Assembly (NCBI RefSeq): GCF_030028105.1
Contig: NC_092388.1
Span: forward strand, 45,080,581 to 45,144,580
From: Mobula birostris
Lineage: Eukaryota
Reading direction: 5' to 3'
Length of the DNA: 64,000 nt
A model generated the notes under the pieces. It did no database searches. It was not told the origin of the DNA and worked only from the letters and a program-made list of their open reading frames with translations. The position numbers and the translations under genes were made by a program. Positions 11,995 through 24,529 of the stretch are shown here, piece after piece; within the stretch, counting starts at the first letter, position 1, and each line of letters opens with the position of its first letter.

Positions 11995-13525
11995 TGATTA
12001 CTTTGACATTTCACTCCTGGACAAGCAGTCCTGGTGAGGGACTACAGAGGTGATCAAATGTGGGTACTTGGAAAGATTTAGGACAGAACTGGACCACTCT
12101 CCCACACAGTGGAGATTGCATCTGATGTCAACTGGAGATAACACATGGATCAGTTGAGAAGAGCAGAGTCAATTGTTGGGGAAGATAGGTGTCCAGAGCT
12201 GTCAGGACCACTTCCTGCAGTCCCAGAGTCAACCCCTACAACCACCTGAGAGGAGGCCCCAGAACCTGAGATTGTTTCACAGCCACAAGTCTCTCCTGTC
12301 AGGCAGAGTGACCCCCCCCCCCCTTAATAGACAATAGGTGCAGGAGTAGGCCATTCAGCCCTTCGAGCCAGCACCGCCATTCACTGTGATCATGGCTGAT
12401 CATCCACAATCAGTATCCAGTTCCTGCCTTATCCCCATAACCTTTGATTCCGCTATCTTTAAGAGCTCTATCCATCTCTTTCTTGAAAGAATCCAAAGAA
12501 TTGGCCTCCACTGCCTTCTGAGGCAGAGCATTCCACAGAACCACAACCCTCTGTGTGAAAAAGTTTTTCCTCAACTCCGTTCTAAATGGTTTACCCCTTA
12601 TTCTTAAACTCTGGCCTCTGGTTCTGGACTCCCCCAACATCAGGAACGTGTTTCCTGCCTCTAGCATGTCCAATCCCTTAATAATCTTATATGTTTCAAT
12701 CAGATCCCCTCTCATCCTTCTAAATTCCAGTGTATACAAGCCCAGTCGCTCCAATCTTTCAACATATGACAGTCCCGCCATCCCAGGAATTAACCTTGTG
12801 AAACTACGCTGCATTCCCTCAATAGCTAGAATGTCCTTCCTCAAATTTGGAGACCAAAACCGTACACAATACTCCAGGTGTGGTCTCACCAGGGCCCTAT
12901 ACAACTGCAGAAGGACGTTTTTGCTCCTATACTCAACTCCCCTTGTTATGAAGGCCAACATGCCATTAGCTTTCTTCACTGCCTGCTGTACCTGCATGCT
13001 TACTTTCAGTGACTGATGAACAAGGACACCTAGATCTCGTTGTACTTCCCCTTTTCCTAACTTGACACCATTCAAATAGTAATCTGCCTTCCTGTTCTTG
13101 CCACCAAAGTGGATAACCTCACATTTATCCACATTAAACTGCATCTGCCATGCATCTGCCCACTCACCCAACCTGTCCAAGTCACCCTGCATTCTCATAA
13201 CATCCTCCTCACATTTCACACTGCCACCCAGCTTTGTGTTATCCCCTTGTCAGGAAAGACATTATCCCACAAGAGTAAGGAATCCTCCACGGTGATTAAA
13301 TCTTCAGGCCTGAATGGGACAGTTTAAAATTTACTATGCTGTGGATGTCTATACAGTATAGTAAGTGTGTGTGTATATATATATAGTTTCGGTATGTATA
13401 TGGATTAGATTTAAGAAGTACGTGATGGCATACGTCATTTCACCACAACGTACAGTATGTGAGCGCTCACTAAAGAAAACTCCCTGTTCCTGTGTTTTTC
13501 TCTTAATTTCTGGAGTTACAAAATT
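11995..13525 (+). mobile_element. Gypsy-type LTR retrotransposon remnant (integrase C-terminus plus probable 3' LTR), split by CR1
   Basis: FTPGQAVLVRDYRG..W..G....GPLS.TV....WR*HMDQLR at 12010-12160; RHYPTRVRNPP at about 13255. Confidence 0.7.
12326..13240 (-). mobile_element. CR1 LINE 3' end, apparently young (open 269-aa ORF2 tail)
   Basis: ORF 12410..13219: WQMQFNVDKCEVIHFG, LVRPHLEYCV, RGDLIETYK, FFTQRVV. Confidence 0.93.
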
Positions 13526-13599
13526 TGGCAAGTTCCCTCATCAGAAGGGCGCAACAATTCAAGAAGATGACGCACACCACCATTATAATGCTACTAGAA

Positions 13600-14460
13600 T
13601 TGGGCAATAAATGTACGCAGAGGCCAAAAACGGACACACGTCAGGTGAAAAAGACCGGGCCTCTGTTTATCACGATCTGCTCAACATTCACGCCAGAAAG
13701 CCTCCACCGCAGAGATCAAACTGATGGGTTTTTTTCAACCAGCTCCAATGCCACTGCGCGGCTCCTTAAATCAGATGGCCAGAAGTGTACACGGTTCTCC
13801 AGAAGTGACCTCAGTAACAGACTGAGTCACGGCTCGTTCAGCGTGGATCGTCTCTCCCGCTGTTATTGCTCATTTCCACTGTAGTAACCGCTTACCGATG
13901 TGTGCAGAGATTCCCCTCTAGCGGAAGTATCGATTTCCTGTAGCAGGGCCGTTGGTGCCGATATCGGCGTGACTCCCCACCGAGTGCGGGCGGTTTTCTG
14001 TCCGGTCCCACCGCACCGTCCACCGCCTCTCCCCTCGGAACTGGCAGCCGTTGGCCGGTGCACAATCCAAGCGTCCAGCGTGTCCATGGAAACGGCCGTC
14101 ACGCGTTCTGGGCTTCTCATTGCGGTCACTTCGTCTTCCTCCTCTTCCCCTTCCTTCTGAACTCTCCTTTGACTTGTATTTTTTATTTTCAGTTGTTGCA
14201 TTCTGATGTATTTTATTTATTTAAAATGCAACAGTATTGCACTTACCAAGTGTTTAATTCACTGCTCGTAAATGTTAATATATCGGATTTTAGCGGCATG
14301 GAAGTGGTTTTCTGGTACCGCACTGGGCTGGACACCGATGGTTCCTCGGGGAATTGTAGGAGAGCGCGGCAATGCAAATTGTCAAACTGCGCTTGAGGGC
14401 GGGGAGAGCAACGGCAGCGAAGAATCCAACTAGAGCGAAGAAAAACAGAAAAAGACTGGC
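13600..14460 (-). promoter_or_regulatory. Second CpG-rich promoter-like island with candidate first exon(s) of a leftward gene (possibly C7orf25 orthologue)
   Basis: High CpG density in non-repeat sequence; CCTACAATTCCC ZNF143-like motif near 14350 (minus); ETS GGAAGT near 14300; X-box GTGTCCATGGAAAC 14080-14093; minus-strand donors TTG|gtaagt at 14247 and TCG|gtaagc at 13896. Confidence 0.55.
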
Positions 14461-14469
14461 CGAAGGTGG

Positions 14470-14830
14470 ATATGAGATGATGAGAGGCATTGATGGTGTG
14501 GATAGTCAGAGGCTTTTTTTCCCAGGACAGGAATGGCTGACACAAGGGGGCATAGTTTTAAAGTGCGTGGAGGTACGTACAGAGGGGATGTCAGGGTAAG
14601 TTTTTCACACAGACAGTGGTGAGTGTGTGGAATGGGCTGCCAGCGACGGTGGTGGAGGCGGATACAATAGGATCTTTTAAGAGCCTCTTAGATAGGTACA
14701 TGAAACTTAAAAGAATAGAGGACTATGCATTAGGGAAATTCTAGGCAGTTTCTAGAGTAGGTTACATGGTCAGTACAACATTGTGGGCCGAAGGGCCTAT
14801 AATTTGCTGTAGATTTCCACATTTCTATAT
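14470..14830 (+). mobile_element. CR1 LINE 3' fragment
   Basis: Closely similar to 16335-16690; ends tgtgggccgaagggcct...tttctat. Confidence 0.85.
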
Positions 14831-14889
14831 TGAGGATACTATTGTTTATTGCAAAGTATCCTGAAACGGGAGGGCAAATAATAAAAAGT

Positions 14890-16693
14890 TGCGATATACA
14901 AGTATGTGAAGAGCAAGAGGATAAGACGTGAGAGAATAGGACCAATCAAGTGTGACAGTGGAAAAGTGTGTATGGAACTGGAGGAGATAGCAGAGGTACT
15001 TAATGAATACTTTGCTTCAGTATTCACTACGGAAGAGGATTTTGGCGATCGTAGAGATGACTTCCAGCCGACTGAAAAGCTTGAACATGTAGATATTAAG
15101 GAAGAGGATGTGCAGGAGCTTTTGGAAAGCATCAAGTTGGATAAGTCTCCTGGACTGGATGAGATGTGCCCCAGGCTACTGTGGGAAACAAGGGAGGAGA
15201 TTGCTGAGCCTCTGGTGATGATCTTTGCATCATCAATGAGGACAGGAGAGGTTCCAGACGATTGGAGGGTTACGGATGTTGTTCCCTTATTCAAGAAAGG
15301 GAGTAGAGATAGCCCAGGAAATTATAGACCAGTGAGTCTTACTTCAGTGGTTGGTAAGTTGATGGAGAAGGTCCTGAGAGGTAGGATTTATGAACATTTC
15401 GAGAGGCATAAAATGATTAGGAATAGTCAGCATAGCTTTGTCAAAGGCAGGTTGTGCCTTACAAGCCTGATTGAATTTGCTGAGGATGTGACTAAACACA
15501 TTGATGAAGGTAGAGCCATAGATGTAGTGTATATGGATATCAGTAAGGCATTTGATAAGGTACCCCATGCAAGGCTTATTGAGAAAGTAAGGAGACATGG
15601 GATCCAAGGGGACCTTGCTTTATGGATCCAGAACTAGCTTGTACACAGAAAGCAAAGAGTGGTTGTAGACAGGTCATATTCTGCATGGAGGTCAGTGGCC
15701 AGTGATGTGCCTCGGGGATCTGTTCTGCGACCCCTACCCTTCATGATTTTTATAAATTACCTGGATGAGGAAGTGGACGGATGGGTTAGTAAATTTTCTG
15801 ATGACACAAAGGTCCGGGGTGTTGTGGATAGTGTGGAGGGCTATCAGAGGTTACAGCAGGACATCGATAGGATGCAAAACTGGGCTGAAAAGTGGCAGAT
15901 AGAGTTCAATCCAGGTAAGTGTGAGGTGGTTCATTCTGGTAGGTCAAATATAGCATTAATGGTAAGACTCTGGCAGTGTGGAGGATCAGAGGGATTGTGT
16001 GGTCTGAGTCCATAGGACACCCAAAGCTGCTGCGCAGGTTGATCCTGTGGTTAAAAAGGCATACGGTACTTTGGCCTTCATCAATCGTGGGATTGAGTTT
16101 AAGAGCAGAGAGGTAATGTTGTAGCTATTTGGGACCCTGGTCAGACCCCACTTGGAGCACTGTGCTCAATTCTGGTCGCCTCACTACAGGAAGGATGTGG
16201 AAGCTATAGAAAGGATGCAGAGAAGATTTACAAGGATGTTGCCTGGATTGGGGAGCATGCCTTACAAGAATAGATTGAGTGAACTCAACCCTTTCTCTTG
16301 GAGCGAGGGAGGATAAGAGGTGACCTGATAGAGGTGTACAAGATGATGAGAGGCATTGATTATGTGGATCATCAGAGGCTTTTTCCCAGGGCTGTAATGG
16401 CTAACTCGAGAGGACACAGTTTTAAGGTGCTTGGGAGTAGGTACAGAGGGGATGTCAGGGGTAAGGTTTTACGCAAAGAGTGGTGAGTGCGTGGAATGGG
16501 CTGCTGGCGATGGTGGTGGAGGCAGATATGATAGGGTGTTTTAAGAGGCTCCTGGATAGGTACAAGGAGCTTAGAAAAATAGAGAGCTATGGGCAACCCT
16601 AGGTAATTTCTAAAGTAAGTAGATGTTCGGCACAGCATTGTGGGCCGAAGGGCCTGTATTGCACTGTAGGTTTTCTACGTTTCTATGTTTCAT
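14890..16693 (+). mobile_element. CR1 LINE ORF2 remnant
   Basis: LNEYFASVFT, KSPGLD, GNYRPVSLTS, KAFDKVPH, KFSDDTK; (tttctatg)-type tail. Confidence 0.92.
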
Positions 16694-17029
16694 ATAGCAA
16701 AAATATACTGCAAGACAAAGGGATGATGGCCTCCAAGCGGTTTGCAGGAAGCTTGGGGAAAAAAGATTGGGGCCTCAGTCGTATGAGTTTAGTTACTGTT
16801 CTGCATATTACCAGATATTCTGAGCAATGCTGGGTAGAAGATAACATTGTTTCCTACAGCATAAGGTGTAACCAACATTATGCTTTAGTAAGGCTTGTTT
16901 GCTGCTTTTGAAATTACTGTTTGACGATCAACATTTTTATGGTATATTTGGGGGGAATAGTATGTTAATGAAGCGATCAGGAATGCCTCAATTTTAGTTT
17001 ACGTAAACCAAGTTCAGTTTGCCTGAATT

Positions 17030-17235
17030 GGGGGCGCCACGATAGCGTAAGGTTTAGCATGACGCTATTACAGCTCAGGGGCTTCCAGAGATAGTAGTTC
17101 AATTTCGGTTGTGCATTCTCCCCGTGACTGCGTGGGTTTCATCCCAGAGTCCAAAGACATGCCGGTAGGTAGGTTAATAGGTCACAAGTATTAAATAGGT
17201 GGGTTGCTGGGTGGTGCGTCTCTTTGGACGGCTTC
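17030..17235 (+). mobile_element. tRNA-derived V-SINE (HE1-like), decayed
   Basis: A/B-box-like head plus V-domain ttctccccgtgactgcgtgggttt...tccaaagac. Confidence 0.65.
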
Positions 17236-17324
17236 GTTCCACCAAGCAAATTAGAACGCTGCTCATAAAGCTAGAAGCACAAAGATGGCATTTAATGGAT
17301 AGAGTTGAGATAACAATGAATTGA

Positions 17325-18760
17325 GATGGCAGGAGCATTAAAGGTCATTTTCAACCTCTCACTGTTACAGGTGGAAGTTCCCACTTGCTTCAAACAGGGA
17401 ACGATTATACCAGTGCCTAAGAAGAATAATGTGAGCTGCCTTGATGACTATCGCCCAGTAGCACTCACATCGACAGTGATGAAATGCTTTGAGAGGTTGG
17501 TCATGAGGTTGGACTGAACTCCTGCCTCAGTAAGGATCTGGACACACTGCAATTTGCCTATCGCCACAATGGATCAATGGCAGATGCAATCTCAATGGCC
17601 CTTCACACGTCAGACCACCCGGACAATACAAACATCTATGTCAGGATGCTGTTCGCCAACTAAAGCTCAGCATTTAACACCGTCATTCCCACAATCTTGC
17701 TTGAGAAGTTGCAGAACCTGGGCCTCTGTACCTCCCTCTGCAATTGGATCGACATCCTGATGGAAGACCACAATCTGTGCAGATTGGTGATAATATCTCC
17801 TCCTCGCTGCTGATCAACACCGGTGCACCTCAGGGGTGTGTGCTTAGCCCACTGCTCTACTCTCTTTATACCCACGACTGTGGCTAGGCGTAATTCAAAT
17901 ACCATCTATAAATTTGCTGACGATACAACCATTGTTGGTAGAATCTCAGATGATGACGAGAGGGCATACAGGAGTGAGATATGCCAATTAGCAGAGTGGT
18001 GTCACAGCAAAAACCTGGCATTCAATGTCAGTAAGACGAAAGAGCTGATTGTGGACTTCAGGAAGGGTAAGACGAAGGAATACATACCAATCCTCAGGGG
18101 GATCAGAAGTGGAGTGAGCAGCCTCATGTTCCTGAGTGTCAAGATCTCTGAGGACCTAACCTGGTCCCAACATATCGATGCAGTTATAAAGAAGGCAGGA
18201 CAGTGACCATACTTCATTAGGAGTTGAAGAGATTTGGTTATGTCAACAAATATACTCAAAAACTTCTATAGATGTACTGTGGACAGCATTCCGACAGTTT
18301 GCATCACTGTCTGGTATGGGGTGGGGGGGGGGGGCTAGCTGCGGAAGTTCGTAAGTTTAGTCTGCTCATCTTGAGTGCTAGCCTACTGAGTACCCAGGAC
18401 ATCTTCAGTGAGCGGTGTCTCAGAAAGGCAGCGTCCATTATTAAGGACCTCCAGCACCCAGGTCATGCCCCTTTCTCACTGTTACCATCAGGTAGGAGAC
18501 ACAGAAGCCTTAAGGCACACACTTAGATATTCAGGAACAGCTTCTTCCTCTCTGCCATCTAATTCCTAAATGAACATTGAACACCACCTCATTTTTTAAT
18601 ATTTGTTTCATTTTTTGCCTGATTTTTAATCTATTCATTATACATATACTGTAATTGATTTACTTATAATTTTTTTCTTCTATATTATGTATTGTATTGA
18701 ACTGCTGCTGCTAAGTTAACAAATTTCACGACACACTTCGGTGATAATAAACCAGATTCT
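17325..18760 (+). mobile_element. Rex1/Babar LINE fragment
   Basis: [29 protein letters not shown]; same 3' tail as the 7225 copy. Confidence 0.9.
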
Positions 18761-18980
18761 GGTAAGTTGTGGTAACTATAACACCTTTTCCACAAAAACA
18801 TTTAAATGGGATATTTGATGATGGAGGAATGAAATTAGACACATCAGTTGTCAAATTGCTGAAATACGTTCATTAAAGAACGGCCTTTATTGAATATCAA
18901 ACACGAGGGCGGAGATGCAACGATTCAACTGTAGAGAACACAAGATTAGTTTCAACCGAAGCACTGTGTGTCATTTTGGT

Positions 18981-19176
18981 CACTGTATTCAACGTTCCCT
19001 TTTTTTTTTACAGCTGCCACGGATCAACCATTGCTCTGCGCAGGAAATTTTAACAGGGCTTGAAAACTGCGCGGCACTTTTATATGTTAAAAAATTCCAG
19101 CTGAGAGGCAAGCAAGGGTCTGTGCGTTGGGAGTATTTCAGTTACTGTATGGCTTCGCAGCTTAGAGGGAACAGTG
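18981..19176. mobile_element. Remnant of a hAT-like DNA element end
   Basis: Right end reads CACTGTTCCCTCTAAGCTGCG on the minus strand, a hAT-type terminus recalled from other vertebrates; left end is degenerate. Confidence 0.4.
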
Positions 19177-21272
19177 ACTGCATTGCAGGAGAGATTGCAT
19201 TAGGGTATGGAGGACATTTAAGAATGGTGCCAGGGCCAGAGAATGATGTTTTCTTTAGAACTGAGACAAAAGGCAAATTTAATATAGTACATAAAAAGGG
19301 GGGAAATAGGCAGAAATTATTTCCCTAAGCAAGTCAATAAACATTGTTTTAAGATATTTTTGCGTAGGTTGATGGAGACAGAAGCCCACATTAATATTAA
19401 ACAACCTGGATCTGAGTATTAAGTGCATAATTTACAAGCTATACACTGAAAACTGAGAAATTGGATTAGCCTTTATTTTTACTTTATGTACCAAATGGTT
19501 GTCCATAAAATTCCATGAAATCAGGCCATCCAAAATCAACCGCAGAATAAAATTTCAATAAGCCTCTTTCATAATCGAAAGTTAAGTCGCGTTTTGCAAG
19601 AATACTGAATTGAAAATTAGATATGGATAGGGCATAAAAGTTTGTAGGACCGTATATAGTTTGTTTGCTAGGAAGAGGGTGTGAAAACAGGTTGTTCTGA
19701 TTATAGTTCTCTGGTATTTATACTGATAATAGCGATCATGGATGACGATCTTCAGCATCCTATCTAGATAAAATTTACCAGTCTTTTTAGCGTTGCCCTT
19801 TGCTTAAGCCACTTTTCTCTTATATTTACTTCATTTTTTCCCTCTAGTAAGAAAGGAAGCCTCCCTTAATTCAACCTAAATTTCAAAAATTTCCTGTGAT
19901 CTTACTAACTGGACTGTTAACAACTGCAAGTGTAATTTTTGACACACATACACACACACTATATTATTTGGTCTTACGACTGAAACTGGAGAATGGTTTG
20001 ATGGAGAGGGGGAGGAAGGGAAGAACTCCTAACAAACTATAAAGTAACAAGGTTTATGAATTTGAGACATCCAGAATCAGATTGGAGGCAGTCATTTTGA
20101 TGCAAAGACACACTCCAAATATACTATATTCAATTGTGCAGCAGCTCATTAGTAGCAGATTGAAATATCAGCTTGGATTATGTGAAGTGCATCAACCACC
20201 AACAAAATCATCTGGCTCAAGTACAAGGACTCCATCAATGAACTTCAGCTGATACTATAGGCAAGAGCTACATTGAACATTCAGAGATTTGGACAAATTA
20301 GACCAAGATTATGACTGAGATAACAATGTATATTGAATAGGAAATTTACAAAGTCATTGTTCAGAATGAATGGAATATCATGTATGTGATTACTGACCAT
20401 TTTCAAACCCTCCCTTGAATCAAAACGGTTAATAAAGCTATTTGAGTGCAAGAATGCAGTTAAGTCAGGTGATGAATCAACAGAAATCCTTTTGATTTAG
20501 CACCACAGTATGGGTGCAGTTAACAGTACAGCAAAGTTTGAGAGAATTTTCTTCAACAGTCCTTACACATTGCAGTTAAATATTTGTAAAACAGTTCATT
20601 GAAATAAAGCTTTGGAAAACTTTCCTTCCTAGGCAAGATTCTAGAAATGGGACTTATCACTTAGAGCTAAAAACAGGAGATTTTAGAATTATAACAAACA
20701 ATTTGGCGATGGGCCAGTTGGACTAATCAGGGTGTATGTGCAATAAATTTTGTGTGGTATGCATGTAGAATTCGAAAACTCCAAAAAATGCTCAAGCATC
20801 AGACAAGATTACAATGTATTTTCCCTATACTCTCTTCTATTGGTTCTGTAGGAAGAGATCTTAATCAAAAATTCATTAACAATCTCTTCTAATCCACAGG
20901 ATAATGGTGGGTTAAAATACATTTTTAGAAAAACCTTGTGTAAAAAACAGAAATGGTGTTAATTAAACCACAACAAAAGACAAGCATGCAATTAAAAGCA
21001 GTGGCCTCATCAGGAGAAAAAAAGATATGCACCGTGGAAGTATAAACGATGAAGTGTATAAACTGCTTTGTTTATAGACATGTAGAAAAAAAATTAAATG
21101 AACAGACCTTTGCAAATTTGCTTTCATTTCTAAAACAAGGTTTATCAGATGTTTGTGCAATAGTTTTACATTGCACTGACCATTTAACCATTGTCAAATC
21201 AGATAAGCTGAATAAAAAGTTAAATTGTAATCTGTAGTTGACCAGCATTTCTTTCAAATTAAAAAAAATAAC

Positions 21273-21278
21273 TTTATT
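21273..21278 (-). terminator. Candidate polyadenylation signal AATAAA for PSMA2
   Basis: tttatt on the plus strand, 5 nt after the stop codon, followed by a U-rich tract. Confidence 0.55.
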
Positions 21279-21283
21279 GAATG

Positions 21284-21400
21284 TTAAACTATAGTAGCTA
21301 GATAGTCTTTGACTTCTGCTGGAGAGAGTCTGCGAAATCCTGCCTCATCACAAATTCCAACTTCTATATTATCTTCTGTCATCTGGCCTTCAAAGCTCTC
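21284..21400 (-). CDS. PSMA2: PSMA2 coding exon 8 ([38 protein letters not shown])
   Basis: 117 nt ending in TAA at 21284-21286; cag acceptor. Confidence 0.97.
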   Translation of the reverse strand, partial: ESFEGQMTEDNIEVGICDEAGFRRLSPAEVKDYLATIV

Positions 21401-21506
21401 CTGTTTGTGAAGGAAATATTTCAATCTGTTAAGTATCATACTGCATTCACTATAAAAGTAATTTCAGATAAAGCATTTATTAACAGTAGAAGTCAAGGTA
21501 TCTGAC

Positions 21507-21564
21507 CTTCAGTGTTAGGATTGCTGTATGAATAGCATCTTCAAGTTCTAGGTCTTCATTGTAC
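21507..21564 (-). CDS. PSMA2: PSMA2 coding exon 7 ([19 protein letters not shown])
   Basis: 58 nt; tag acceptor, gtcaga donor. Confidence 0.96.
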
Positions 21565-21789
21565 CTATAGTCAAAAAGTTGAATAAATGTCTTTTCTCCC
21601 AGAAGAATCATTTATTTAATCATTGCTAAAGCTTAAAAAAAATTAATTGCTTTTGGAAAAAATGCTCATGCTCAAATCCACAATATATTGTAGACTATTT
21701 CCCCACTACTTTTCATACCTCAAATACCAGAATTCATCAAAGTACCAGCAGATTTTCTACATTTTAATTAATTAGCAAAGACAAGCAAA

Positions 21790-22440
21790 AAATGCAGTTC
21801 ACCTTTCACCCTACCAGCCTCAGCATCCACCATAATCACTCCTGCCAGCTGCAAGAGTCCCACTATCAGTTATATCATCCCTTCCCCACACATTTTCTCC
21901 TTCCCACAAGGACCACTGTCCATAGTTCACATACCTGTCCCAACCATCTCTTCCTTTCCCCAGTACTTATTCCTACAACCCTAGGAATTGCCCAAATTTC
22001 TCTCATCATCTGCTCCTTTTATCTATCCACAACTCTTCCAGCCACCCCCAACCAGTTCTATTGGCTTATCACCATATTTAAACAGTCTTTTATCCCCTTC
22101 TCCAACAGGTTCCATCATTCCTCCCTCATCACCTCCCCTGCTTATCAGATTCCAGCAGCTGCAGCCTGTCTCACATATCACCTTCCTGCCTCCTTCATTA
22201 CCTCCACCCACCCAATGCTCTGTCCATCATTCTCCCCCCAAACCCAGCTCCTGCCAACCAACCCTTGCCTCACCCTCACTCTCACTTCTTTATACTGACT
22301 ACTTCCCCTCTACTCTCCCAATTCTGATGGGGGGGGCCTTGACTTGAAACATTAACCATCTCCTCTGTCTCTGCAGTGCTGACTGACATGGTGAACCTCT
22401 CTAGTTTGATTTTTGTTCCAGATTACAGCATCTAGTCTCT
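21790..22440 (+). mobile_element. Highly decayed Penelope-like element
   Basis: C/T-rich body; degenerate hammerhead-like ctgatg...gaaacattaac near 22325; ccagatt.cagcatct terminus shared with other copies. Confidence 0.55.
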
Positions 22441-22588
22441 TGAAAATTATTCAGCTTGCAATCTCAGTTATCTTGATATGCCATTGGTCTAAGCCACCCC
22501 CCCCCCCGCCCCGCAACCCCATATCCCTGGGCACCCAATTCCCATTTCTTAGTATATTCATTGAAAATGAAGAGCAATCGCTATTCTA

Positions 22589-22885
<297 letters not shown>

Positions 22886-24529
22886 TCAAAAGCTAAAATT
22901 AACATGCTTTTATCACCCTCTTAGCTGGCATGAGTCCAGTTTTGTCCTTCAGTCTCTCTAGATCGCCATCCTATCACACACATTCTCTTCACTCTTCCCA
23001 AATATCTTTTAGTTTGCAACTTAAAGGATGTTTTTGAATTTTTTAAACTTTTAGTCATGAGATTTTTATACAGACCCCCAAACAGTAGTAAGAATGTGGT
23101 CTACAAATTACAACGGGAGATAGAAAGTGCATGCCAAAACAGCAATGTTACAATAGTCATGGGGGATTTCAATATACAGGTGGATTAGGAAAAATCAGGT
23201 TGGTGCTAGATTCCAGGTGGGGGAGTTTCCAGAATGCCTGATCAGCTTTTTAGAGCAGCTTGTGGTTGAGCCCACTTAGGGGATCAGCTTTTCTAGATTG
23301 GGTGTTGTGCAATGAACCAGAATTGATTAAAGAGCTTAAGGTAAAGAACCCTTAGGGGCAAGTCATCATATATGATCCAATTCATCCTGAATTTTGAGAA
23401 GAAGTTGTTTAAGCCAGATGTATCAGTATTATAGTTAAGTAAAGGGAATTACAGAGGCATGAGAGAGGAGTTGGCCAAAATTGGAAAAGAACACTGGCAG
23501 GGATGACAGCCGAGCAGCAATGGCTGGAATTTCTGGAAGCAATTTGGAAGGTACAGGATATATACATCCCAAAGAGGAAGATGTATTCTAAAACAACTGT
23601 AGCTAGCAAGAGAAGTCAAAGCCAACATAAAAGACAAAGAGAGGGCATATAATAGAACAAAAATTAGTTGCAAATCAAAGGGTTGGGAAACCTTCATATA
23701 CAAACAGAAGGCAACTAAATGTCATTAAGGTAAAGATGCAATACAAAAGTAAGCTAGCTAATAATATTAAAGATGATACTTAAAGTTTCTTCAGATACAT
23801 TAAAAGAGAGGCAAGAGTGGGTATTGGACCACTAGAAAACGATGGTGGTAAGGTAGTAATGGAGGACAAGGAAATGGTGGATGAACCAATTAAGTATTTT
23901 GCATCGGTCTTCACTGTGGAAGACACTAGCAGTATGGCAAAAATTCCAGGTGTCAGGTGTCATGAAGTGTATAAAGCTACCATTACTAGGGAGAAGGTTC
24001 TTGGGAAACTGAAAGGTCTGAAGGTAAATAAGCCATTTGAAATAGATGGTGTACACTCTAGGGTTCTGAAAGAGGTGGCTGAAGAGATTGTGAAGGTATT
24101 AGTAATGATCTTTCAAGAATCACGAAATTCTGGAATGGTTCTGGAAAACTGCAAAAATTGCAAATGTCACTCCACTCTTTGAAAAGGGAGAGAGGCAGAA
24201 GAAAAGAAATTATAGGCCAGTTAGTCTGACCTCAGTGGTTGGGAAGATGTTGAAGTCGATTGTTAAGGATGGGGTTTTAGGGTACCTGGAGGCACATGAT
24301 AAAATATGCCGTAGTCAACGTGGTCTCCTTAAGGGAAAATCTTGCCTGACAAATCTGTTGGAGCTTTTTGAAGAAATAACAAGCAGGATAGACAAAGGAG
24401 AATCAATTGATGTTGTGTATTTGGATTTTCAGAAGGCCTTTGACAAGGTGCCACACATGATACTGCTTAACAAGCTATGTGCCCATGGTATTACAGGAAA
24501 GATTTTAGCTTGGATAAAACAGTAGCTGA

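Noticed and set aside
12555-13016. Long antisense ORFs over CR1 and Rex1 copies (also 14839-15294, 33995-34471, 44894-45223)
   Set aside because: Shadow frames of LINE ORF2.
13863-14201. 112-aa ORF (and overlapping ORFs) in the CpG island as a stand-alone gene
   Set aside because: GC-rich sequence gives long ORFs in several frames and no family similarity was recognised; kept only as a candidate first exon.
18915-19328. 137-aa ORF with a good plus-strand acceptor (tttttacag at about 19013)
   Set aside because: No recognisable protein and no clear partner exons; it overlaps a DNA-transposon-like terminus.
21792-22347. Pro/His/Ser-rich ORFs in PSMA2 intron 6
   Set aside because: Low-complexity C/T-rich decayed Penelope sequence.
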